Source: a virus
Taxonomy: Duplodnaviria > Heunggongvirae > Uroviricota > Caudoviricetes
Reading direction: 5' to 3' (one strand)
Virus record (IMG/VR): IMGVR_UViG_3300006099_000006
Coordinates: 22,393-86,392 of that record
DNA: 64,000 nt
Positions 25,701 to 32,911 of the stretch are shown piece by piece; the stretch's first letter is position 1, and each line of letters opens with the position of its first letter. A program made the position numbers and the translations under genes. The notes beneath the pieces were generated by a model, which ran no database searches, was not told the DNA's origin, and saw only the letters and a list, made by a program, of their open reading frames with translations.

Positions 25701-26900
25701 GGAATGTACGGGAACATTGCTCTGCTGGACATCGCCAGTATGCATCCGTCGAGCATCATCGCGGAGATCCTGTTTGGACCCGAATACACGAAACGGTTCC
25801 AGGAGATCCGTGACGCTCGTGTGGCCATCAAACACAAAGACTTTGAGAAGGCCAAGAAGATGCTGAATGGCGCGTTGGCAAAGTACCTAACCGATGAGGG
25901 CGCTGCTGCCGACTTGGCACAGGCGCTGAAGATCGCCATCAACTCTGTGTATGGTCTGACTTCGGCCGGCTTTGACAACCCCTTCCGGGACAATCGGAAC
26001 AAAGACAATATTGTCGCCAAGCGCGGAGCCCTGTTCATGGTCAACCTCAAACACGAGGTTCAGAAACGGGGCTTTACTGTTGCCCATATCAAGACCGACT
26101 CCATCAAGATTCCCGATGCCACGCCGGAGATCATTAAGTTCGTCATGGACTACGGCGAGAAGTACGGCTACACCTTTGAACATGAGGCCACCTATGACCG
26201 GATGTGCCTTGTGAACAACGCGGTCTACATCGCCAAGTACAAGGACAGCAAGCACGCCGGTGAATGGACTGCCACGGGCACGCAGTTCCAGATCCCGTAT
26301 GTGTTCAAGAAACTGTTCAGCCACGAGGAGATCACTTTCGAGGACATGTGCGAGACCAAGTCTGTAACCAGTGCTCTTTATCTGGACATGAATGAAAATC
26401 TGCCCAATGTTTCCGAATACGAAAAAGAGTATAAGGAACTCGCCGGATATTTGTCCACAACTTCTGGAGATGGTGGTCAATATGTCAGATTCGATGAGCT
26501 TGAGAAGCTTATTGGGCGGGGGCATAACTATGTCTTCGTGGGAAAGGTTGGTCAGTTCTGTCCGATGAAACCGGGCCACAATGGCGGTCTGCTCTTAAGA
26601 GAGGTAACTGACAAGAAAACCGGCGCAAAGAGCTATGCCGCGGCCACGGGGGCCAAAGGGTATCGTTGGCTGGAATCCGAGATGGTCAAGCATCTGGAGA
26701 AGGAGGATGGCATCGACCGGAGCTACTACGACGCTATGGTTGATGAGGCGGTCCATGATATTTCTCAGTTCGGAGATTTTGAATGGTTCGTATCTGACGA
26801 TCCCTACGTCCAGCCCAACCCCTCGAACGATACCCCGCCTTGGGAGACGCCCGGTGAGCCTTGGCAGGGGGAAGCGGCTGTGGCTTTCGATGCGAGGTGA
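22782..26900 (+). CDS. tripartite replicase, 1372 aa: N-terminal SF3/P4-D5-type NTPase, central AEP PrimPol, C-terminal family-B DNA polymerase with 3'-5' exonuclease
   Basis: Walker A motif GAVGTGKST. PrimPol motifs VIDFDIPDE and SKSGCGIHLHYIY. Exo I FYDVEVFPN, Exo II GFNCRRYD, Exo III YCDNDV. PolB motif A DIASMHPS, motif B KIAINSVYG, motif C KTDS. Confidence 0.85.
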   Translation: MLDFLMIATRSGKRGIIEIYPKFIIKKSNDLMIRGGDFYAIWIEERGLWSTDEQDAVDLIDRELDRYAEENRKRFDDNIRVLHMWDAETGMIDTWHRYCQKQMKDQFHMLDEKLIFANTKTGKRDYASKSLDYPLEKGDTPAWDRLIGTLYSPEERHKIEWCIGAIVTGDSKRLQKFMVFYGAVGTGKSTIINVIQQLFEGYYTSFNAKDLGSSSNAFALEAFRSNPLVAIQHDGDLSRIEDNTRINSLVSHEMMTVNEKFRSAYSNRFKAFLIMGTNKPVKITDAKSGIIRRLIDVSPTGNKVPPNEYRTLTKQIPFELGGIAYHCQEVYLEDPDYYDDYIPISMLGASNDFYNFVVDSYHVFKREDGVSLKSAWEMYKTYCDDAKVLYPLSRMIFKEELRNYFREYEERFNMDDGTRVRSYYHGFRTEKFEEQTPDEKEEPKKKSTPQPTIAFAEGQSSIFDAQCANCPAQYAGEEGTPQRKWERVRSKLSSLDTSRLHYVKLPENHIVIDFDIPDEQGNKSFERNLVEASKWPATYAEVSKSGCGIHLHYIYSGDATKLSRIYDDHIEIKVFTGNSSLRRKLSKCNNLPIATISSGLPLKGENSVVNTKVVQSEKGLRLQIKRNLNKEIHPATKPSIDFIHKILTDAYESGMTYDVTDMRNAVLAFAANSTNQAEYCIKLVNKMPFKSAEDGSAVKNDDAKLVFYDVEVFPNLFLVNWKIEGPNQTVVRMINPKPQEIEELMKFRLVGFNCRRYDNHILYARLMGYTEEQLYNLSQKIISSEKKAKSNNCFFGEAYNVSYTDVYDFCSKKQSLKKWEIELGLHHQELGLPWDQPVPEHLWQKVAEYCDNDVIATEAVFNARKADFVAREILADVAGMTVNDTTNTLTTKIIFGGNKKPQDQFNYRDMGDTTQIYDPDRDLPFEMGPKEFDEFTAFDKKGRPIFPGYKFENGKSIYRGEEVGEGGYVYAEPGMYGNIALLDIASMHPSSIIAEILFGPEYTKRFQEIRDARVAIKHKDFEKAKKMLNGALAKYLTDEGAAADLAQALKIAINSVYGLTSAGFDNPFRDNRNKDNIVAKRGALFMVNLKHEVQKRGFTVAHIKTDSIKIPDATPEIIKFVMDYGEKYGYTFEHEATYDRMCLVNNAVYIAKYKDSKHAGEWTATGTQFQIPYVFKKLFSHEEITFEDMCETKSVTSALYLDMNENLPNVSEYEKEYKELAGYLSTTSGDGGQYVRFDELEKLIGRGHNYVFVGKVGQFCPMKPGHNGGLLLREVTDKKTGAKSYAAATGAKGYRWLESEMVKHLEKEDGIDRSYYDAMVDEAVHDISQFGDFEWFVSDDPYVQPNPSNDTPPWETPGEPWQGEAAVAFDAR

Positions 26901-26907
26901 AACAACG

Positions 26908-27294
26908 ATGGCTGATTTTACTCATTGTGATAGCGAATTTGTCGAAGTTGGTGAGGATCTTGATATGACGAACTTCGGTGCCGTAAAAACCTTGCCGCTC
27001 TCCCCCATCAAATATGTTCCTCCGGATATTACCCGAGAACTTTCTATGTTGGAGCAATATGCTCAGAAAGGAGAAAAGATGGTAAAAGTAGGAACGAAGG
27101 TTATCTTCAACGGCAGTAAAACCATCATCCTCTGGAGTGACGGCACAAAGACTATTGCCACCTGTGGCGAGGGCGATAGCTTTGATCCCTATACCGGCTT
27201 CTGTGCTGCCGTTGTGAAGCGGGTCTTTGGCTCTACTGGCACTGCAAAGCGTGCCTTGAAAAAGGCGAACAACGTGAAAGAAGAGGATGCCTAA
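26908..27294 (+). CDS. hypothetical, 128 aa
   Basis: RBS GAGGTGA. Confidence 0.6.
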   Translation: MADFTHCDSEFVEVGEDLDMTNFGAVKTLPLSPIKYVPPDITRELSMLEQYAQKGEKMVKVGTKVIFNGSKTIILWSDGTKTIATCGEGDSFDPYTGFCAAVVKRVFGSTGTAKRALKKANNVKEEDA

Positions 27295-27333
27295 CAGGTG
27301 TCCTCTTTTATATTTTTGAAAGGAGAAAAACTC

Positions 27334-27534
27334 ATGAGCAAGTTTGTTCAGTTCTTCGCGAAAGGCATCATCTACGACCGGGATAAGAAGGGCCGTCCCT
27401 GCGGCATCAAGGAGAGCCGCAAAAAAGGGGGCGTAACTCTCGGTAACGCCGACCTGATGGGCAAGGTGTTTATGCAGTGCCCGGATCTGCTTCCGTGCGA
27501 CTGGGTGGAGGTCGAAACCTGTCCCATCGGGTAA
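27334..27534 (+). CDS. small Cys-containing protein, 66 aa
   Basis: TATATTTTTGAAAGGAGAAAAACTC then ATG. Confidence 0.5.
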   Translation: MSKFVQFFAKGIIYDRDKKGRPCGIKESRKKGGVTLGNADLMGKVFMQCPDLLPCDWVEVETCPIG

Positions 27535-27581
27535 ACAATCACTTACCTGCCAATCCAACAAACAGAAAGGAGACCTGACTT

Positions 27582-28073
27582 ATGGCTAACCCCAGGGTCA
27601 CTGAAAACCTCAAAATCGAAAACGCTCACATCCTGTTCCGGAACTTCTCCGGCCGGGAGAGCAAGTACAACCGCGCCGGTCAGCGCAACTTCTGCGTCTA
27701 CATCGACGATCCGGCGGATGCACAGCGGCTCATCGATGACGGCTGGAACGTCCGTGTTCGGCCGCCGCGTGAGGAAGGGGACGAGCCGCGCTACTACATC
27801 CAGGTGGCCGTCAGCTTCAGCAACATCCCGCCCTCTGTCTATATGCTCACCAAGCGGAAGAGGGTGCAGCTGGACGAGGAGTCCATCGACGTCCTGGATA
27901 TCGCCGAGATCCGCAGCATCGATCTAACTATCCGTCCCTATAACTGGGTTATCCAGGAGGGTACCAAGAACGAGAAGAGCGGCGTCAAGGCCTACCTGCG
28001 TTCCATGTACGTCGTCATCGACGAGGATGAGTTCGCTGAGAAGTACGCTGGCGACGAGTATCCCCAGGAGTAA
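27582..28073 (+). CDS. hypothetical, 163 aa
   Basis: RBS GAAAGGAG. Confidence 0.6.
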   Translation: MANPRVTENLKIENAHILFRNFSGRESKYNRAGQRNFCVYIDDPADAQRLIDDGWNVRVRPPREEGDEPRYYIQVAVSFSNIPPSVYMLTKRKRVQLDEESIDVLDIAEIRSIDLTIRPYNWVIQEGTKNEKSGVKAYLRSMYVVIDEDEFAEKYAGDEYPQE

Positions 28074-28148
28074 GGCATGTGCAGGGGCGCTGGTTAGGAG
28101 GTGACTGGCGCTCCTGTTCTTTGCTTTGATATTTGAAAGGGGGAGGAT

Positions 28149-28520
28149 TTGGTGTCTATGGACTATTCCTACTACAACCAAGCCTTCGTTGATGGCTTGA
28201 AAGCATTTTTGGATTACACCGCTCCCGATTCATTACGCAATAATGTAAAAGAGGGGCTCGTTGTACGACGGCGTTTGCAAAAGCAAGATTTTGAAAAGCG
28301 CTGCATTCAAAGATGGGCTATATCTCAGTTGGCCGAGTCAATTATCAACAATCCGAGTGATCCCATTGAGGACACGACCTACAAACTGGCATTAAAGCTG
28401 CTAAGTTTTGCAGTTGACTCTACTAATCCAAATGTAAGGAACGTGTTTTCAATTGCTGCGGCTTTTATTGAAGACGAGGTCATAAATCCCTTCCGAGAAA
28501 AAGCCGGAATATACCCATAA
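28149..28520 (+). CDS. hypothetical, 123 aa (GTG start)
   Basis: RBS GGGGGAGGA. Confidence 0.5.
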   Translation: MVSMDYSYYNQAFVDGLKAFLDYTAPDSLRNNVKEGLVVRRRLQKQDFEKRCIQRWAISQLAESIINNPSDPIEDTTYKLALKLLSFAVDSTNPNVRNVFSIAAAFIEDEVINPFREKAGIYP

Positions 28521-28543
28521 CTGTTTTCGCAAAGGAGAAAAAG

Positions 28544-28864
28544 ATGCAAAATAAGAAATCTCCGCGAAATTCTGGCAAAGTAATCCTGAAAAAAGAGGAG
28601 TGCTATTGCAACCTTGCCGAGTTATATGACGCCATTGCGATAAAATTGGGCCACAACCCCGCATTGGTTGCTTATGACTGCCGCAAGATATGCGTGACAA
28701 CTCCTGTGATGGAGGAAGTATTTTCGTATTACAAAGCCAGATACCGCGTAACAAGGGCAGCATTTAATCAGCTTTGGCTCAATTTAGGCCCTAAAGCTAA
28801 TCTCGTCGGGAGTGACTATATCGCTCAAATTGAAAGCGGATTCTTTTTGGAGGTCAGGCCATGA
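28544..28864 (+). CDS. hypothetical, 106 aa
   Basis: RBS AAAGGAGAAAAAG. Confidence 0.55.
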   Translation: MQNKKSPRNSGKVILKKEECYCNLAELYDAIAIKLGHNPALVAYDCRKICVTTPVMEEVFSYYKARYRVTRAAFNQLWLNLGPKANLVGSDYIAQIESGFFLEVRP

Positions 28865-29334
28865 AAAAGTCTTTCTGGCGGCATTTTCGACTTCCAAGAA
28901 AACGTAAGCCAAAACCCGTAGAGTTGGTAGTTTACAAGCCGCCCCAAAAGCATATGACCGAGCCTGACCGTTGGATACCGCCGTTTGCGACCAAGAAAGA
29001 AGAACCCCTCAAGGTTGACAAACAGGATTTGATTGTTGTAAATGAATCGCCTGAGTTCGATCTTGGCAGAGTTACGGCGACAGTTGGTGTCCTGTTGCAG
29101 GCGAGAATGGACTACAACTTTCAAGCTTTCGTTGATGAATGCCTCGAACGCTACAAACACTCTGATTGGGGCGGTGTAAACGAAAAGGAAAGACGATTGA
29201 ACGACCTCAGGCTCTCAGCTCAGACAGGCGCCATTTATGGCATTTATACCTATCTTGGTTCCGGGGAACAAATCTGGATCGCCACTGATTTAGATCAAGG
29301 CATCACAAAGATTTGTCTGTCCGAAGAACGCTGA
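28861..29334 (+). CDS. hypothetical, 157 aa (basic N-terminus)
   Basis: ATGA overlap with the previous gene. Confidence 0.55.
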   Translation: MKKSFWRHFRLPRKRKPKPVELVVYKPPQKHMTEPDRWIPPFATKKEEPLKVDKQDLIVVNESPEFDLGRVTATVGVLLQARMDYNFQAFVDECLERYKHSDWGGVNEKERRLNDLRLSAQTGAIYGIYTYLGSGEQIWIATDLDQGITKICLSEER

Positions 29335-29347
29335 AAGAGGTGGTGTC

Positions 29348-30370
29348 ATGAGTTCATTCTGGCAAAAATCGCCTAAGAAAAGCAAGAAGAAAAAGCGAAA
29401 ACCAAAGGCTGCACCGCAAGAAAAAGCTTTACAGACGATTCCTAAAGCAAAGCCCACGCCTTGGGTTCCTCCGCATCCCATAATACCAAGCACCCCAACC
29501 ATTGAGGGTAGATTCATCGCAAAGCCCTCAGTAACCCATCAAGTGCCGACCATCCCGGAAGTCAAAGAGAAGATCCCGATTACAACTTCGCATCCTAAGC
29601 AGAAAAACATTCGTCGCAAAAGCGAACAAGTACGGAAAGATTTCCTGAAAACGTTTGAAGCTTTAACCCATCGTTGGCGCTCCTGGGATATTTGGACCGA
29701 TTTCGTCACCCTTGTCGCTTGCACTATCTCAAACTCGGTGGACAAGCTCCACTTTGAAGGGCGAGAAAAGACCTACCTTCGCATCATCAATAAGTACAAC
29801 AAGGAGGAGCGAGAGCTTTTTCCAAAGCTATTTGCCTATGTGGTCCTCGCATTGGAGGAGAATCCTGAGCAGGACTTCCTTGGTGATATTTACACGGAGC
29901 TTGGACTGAACAGTAAAGAACACAAGCAAATATTTACACCCTATCACATTTGTCAGTTGATGTGCGAGGTAACCTTTGGGAACCTTGCAGAAGAGGTTGA
30001 TAAAAAGGGCGTCGTTGAAATTCACGACTGCTGCTGTGGAGCTGGAGCGACCCTGATTGCAGCGGCAAACGTGGCGAAGTACAAGCTCACAAAAGCCGGC
30101 CTCAACTATCAGAATCATATTTTAATCACAGGCCAGGATATCGATTATCTCGTAACTATGATGTGCTACATTCAGCTCTCATTGCTCGGGATGGCTGGAT
30201 ATTTCAAAGTCGGTAATGCCCTAACCGATCCGATGACGGATAATGATAGTTTGGAAAACTATTGGTTCACACCGATGTACTTCTTCCCTGTTTGGCATTA
30301 TCGAAGAATCTGGCACAGTATCGGCGAACTCTTGGGAGGCGAACCAAATGCAGAAGTTCACGAAAATTGA
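29348..30370 (+). CDS. truncated N6-adenine methyltransferase-like protein, 340 aa. It has the FTP and motif-I regions but no NPP[FY] catalytic motif.
   Basis: QIFTPYHICQLMCEV is motif X. HDCCCGAGATL is motif I. GQDIDYLVTMMCYIQLSLLG...GNALTDP matches N6_Mtase up to the point where NPPF is expected. Lys-rich N-terminus. Confidence 0.6.
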   Translation: MSSFWQKSPKKSKKKKRKPKAAPQEKALQTIPKAKPTPWVPPHPIIPSTPTIEGRFIAKPSVTHQVPTIPEVKEKIPITTSHPKQKNIRRKSEQVRKDFLKTFEALTHRWRSWDIWTDFVTLVACTISNSVDKLHFEGREKTYLRIINKYNKEERELFPKLFAYVVLALEENPEQDFLGDIYTELGLNSKEHKQIFTPYHICQLMCEVTFGNLAEEVDKKGVVEIHDCCCGAGATLIAAANVAKYKLTKAGLNYQNHILITGQDIDYLVTMMCYIQLSLLGMAGYFKVGNALTDPMTDNDSLENYWFTPMYFFPVWHYRRIWHSIGELLGGEPNAEVHEN

Positions 30371-30551
30371 AATTTCCTGGATCATCATTGAGCTCGACAA
30401 GGCGGCTGCCGAATTGAACCGCCTCGCAAATGAGCCGAACGACAGAGATTTCTCCAAAATGTATCGGCTCCGTTCTGAGCAATATGCCGACATTTCTCGG
30501 CGTCTTCGCTTGGCTCTCAAAAAGGGCAGTAAGCGAATCGAAATCAAGTAA
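30348..30551 (+). CDS. hypothetical, 67 aa
   Basis: RBS GGGAGG; overlaps the 3' end of 29348-30370. Confidence 0.45.
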   Translation: MQKFTKIEISWIIIELDKAAAELNRLANEPNDRDFSKMYRLRSEQYADISRRLRLALKKGSKRIEIK

Positions 30552-30611
30552 GTCACAGAATCGAGCAGCTAATCATGGCTGCTTATATTTTTGAAAGGAG
30601 AAAAATGAACA

Positions 30612-31126
30612 ATGAGCACTAATCATAAGCCTTCCCTTGAGGTCATCGAGCAGGGGTTGAAGGACGAGAGCTGGCGTGTGCGGGCTGCGGCCATGAACGC
30701 CTGCCAGGGCCGGGAGGTGCCCTTGAGGTCATCGAGCGGTGGTTGAAGGACGAGAGCTGGCGTGTGCGGGCTGCGGCCATGAACGCCTGCAAAGCCAACA
30801 ACATCCCCGTTCCGGTTATCCGGACGATTGAGCCGCCCGAACTGGTCTATAAGAAGTGCGTAGGCGGCATCATCGTTGTCGCTTCCATCCCCAAGGACGC
30901 ACAGATCCGCGGCAACTTCAACCACAAGTGCCGCGCCAGCAAGGCCGTTATCAAGGAGATCATCGGCGACCTCTGTGGGGAGCAGGTCGGTATTTCCAAG
31001 TATGACCTGAGAACCCTCTACTACGCCGGCGACGAGGTTGAGATCGACAACTTCGACTACAGCAATGAGGAGTGCTCCACCGGCTTCCACTTCTTCTGCA
31101 CAATCGAAGAAGCCCGGCGATACTAA
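30612..31126 (+). pseudogene. HEAT/PBS-lyase-repeat protein gene disrupted by an 86-bp tandem duplication
   Basis: ATG at 30612 in frame 0 reaches a stop at 30744-30746. The downstream part, 30743-31126, is in frame 2. Removing one 86-bp unit gives a continuous ORF of about 142 aa. Confidence 0.5.
30634..30805 (+). repeat. 2 x 86-bp tandem direct repeat
   Basis: Seen directly. Units 30634-30719 and 30720-30805 share a 71-bp core with 2 mismatches. Confidence 0.75.
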
Positions 31127-31144
31127 GCACTGGAGGGGATTAAT

Positions 31145-31596
31145 ATTTTAAGTCAGGCACTATTCTCTACGGGAAAGAATGATTGGGCAACGCCACAGGA
31201 GCTCTTTGATGAGCTTGATGCTGAGTTCCATTTCACGCTCGATCCCTGCGCTACTCCGGAAACGGCTAAGTGCGCTAAATTCTACACGGAAGAAGACAAC
31301 GGACTTGCCCAGGATTGGACTGGAGAGACGGTGTTCTGCAATCCTCCCTACTCTGACCAGCAACAGACCGAATGGGTCAAAAAGTGCTATGAACATGGAG
31401 TTCGGGGGGGGGGTAGCAGTTATGCTGATTCCGGCCAGAACCGATACGAAGCGTTTCCACGAGTACATTTATGGGAACGCGGAAATACGGTTTATCAAAG
31501 GCCGGTTGAAATTTGGCGGGTGTGAAAACTCTGCACCCTTCCCCTCCATGATTGTTGTATTCGGAAAAGAACCTGCTGAAAGGAGGCCGCGGCCAA
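31145..31596 (+). CDS. dam: phage Dam-type N6-adenine DNA methyltransferase (PF05869-like), frameshifted at a G10 tract. The C-terminal half continues in frame into the helicase ORF.
   Basis: N-terminal half in frame 2 reads WATPQELFDELDAEFHFTLDPCA...FCNPPYS. C-terminal half in frame 0 reads VAVMLIPARTDTKRFHEY...IRFIKGRLKF...APFPSMIVVF. The junction is G10 at 31404-31413. The start codon is uncertain; no ATG is available in frame 2. Confidence 0.6.
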
Positions 31597-32837
31597 TGGG
31601 ACGCATAAATCTCCGTGATTATCAGCTCGATGCTATCAAGCGGATGAAAAATGGCTGCATCCTATGTGGCGGCGTCGGAAGCGGCAAATCACGCACATCT
31701 CTCGCATACTACTACAAACTACAAGGCGGCGATCTTCTCACTCCAGACGAGGTCGCCATGAAGAACCCGAAAGACCTATACATCATTACTACCGCCCGGA
31801 AACGGGATACCTGCGAGTGGGAGGGGGAACTGGCTCCGTTCCTCCTCTCTACTCATAAGGACAGCAACTACTACAAGAATACTGTGGTTGTGGATTCCTG
31901 GAACAACATCGGAAAGTATACGGAAGTTAAAAACGCCTTCTTTATATTTGACGAGCAGCGGGTGGTTGGCTATGGAGCCTGGACAAAAGCATTTCTCAAA
32001 ATCGCCGAGGCAAATAATTGGATTTTGCTGTCGGCAACACCTGGAGACACATGGCAGGACTACATTCCTGTCTTCATTGCCAATGGGTTTTACCGCAACA
32101 AGACAGACTTTGTTGACCAGCATGTGAACTATGACTGGCGGGCAAAGTATCCCAAAATTGACAGCTATCGCAACACAGGCCGCCTGATCCGGTTACGCAA
32201 CAACATTCTTGTGACCATGGACTTCGAGCGGCATACGGTATCTCGCCATGAGGACATCCCGGTTCCGTATGATATTTCCAAGTATAAGGACATTATGCGA
32301 AATCGCTGGAATCCATGGGAGGACAAGCCGATCGAAACGGCTTCGGAACTGTGTCTGGCTTTGCGTCGGACGGTTAATTCAGATGTATCCAGGGAAGTCG
32401 CAGTGCTGGAGCTTATGGAAGACCATCCCAAGGCCATCATCTTCTACAGCTTTGACTATGAGCTGGATATTCTTCGCTCTCTCGGATATCCGGAGGGAAC
32501 AGAAATTGCAGAATGGAATGGCCATAAGCACCAAGAGATTCCGACAGGGGACAAGTGGGTCTATCTGGTTCAGTATACGGCCGGTTGCGAAGGCTGGAAC
32601 TGCATCACCACGGACACTATTATATTCTTCTCCCAGCAGTATTCCTACAAGGTGGCGACGCAGGCGGCCGGACGGATTGACCGGCTTACCACGCCGTACA
32701 AGGATCTGCACTACTACCATCTGAAGAGCTTCTCCGGGATTGACCTCGCTATCAGTAAGGCTATCAAGCAGAAGAAGAATTTCAACGAGGGCAAGTTTGT
32801 TGGCTGGGCCACCAAGCCAATGCCGAAAGCCGCATAA
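31596..32837 (+). CDS. SNF2/DEAD-like superfamily-2 helicase, 413 aa
   Basis: RBS GAAAGGAGG. Q-motif LRDYQLDAI. Walker A CGGVGSGKS. Motif II FDEQ. Motif III LSATP. Motif VI QAAGRIDR. Confidence 0.75.
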   Translation: MGRINLRDYQLDAIKRMKNGCILCGGVGSGKSRTSLAYYYKLQGGDLLTPDEVAMKNPKDLYIITTARKRDTCEWEGELAPFLLSTHKDSNYYKNTVVVDSWNNIGKYTEVKNAFFIFDEQRVVGYGAWTKAFLKIAEANNWILLSATPGDTWQDYIPVFIANGFYRNKTDFVDQHVNYDWRAKYPKIDSYRNTGRLIRLRNNILVTMDFERHTVSRHEDIPVPYDISKYKDIMRNRWNPWEDKPIETASELCLALRRTVNSDVSREVAVLELMEDHPKAIIFYSFDYELDILRSLGYPEGTEIAEWNGHKHQEIPTGDKWVYLVQYTAGCEGWNCITTDTIIFFSQQYSYKVATQAAGRIDRLTTPYKDLHYYHLKSFSGIDLAISKAIKQKKNFNEGKFVGWATKPMPKAA

Positions 32838-32911
32838 TTTGCAAGTCCTATTACGGAGGAGATGCTACATAGCGTCTTCTTTTATATTTTTATGAAAGGA
32901 GGCGTACTGCC

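Noticed and set aside
31179-32837. Track ORF start at 31179 (MIGQRHRSSL...) as the true N-terminus of the Dam-helicase ORF
   Set aside because: The first 75 codons of that frame are the wrong frame of the Dam N-terminal half. The conserved motifs W.TP..LFD...F.FTLDPCA and NPPY are in frame 2.
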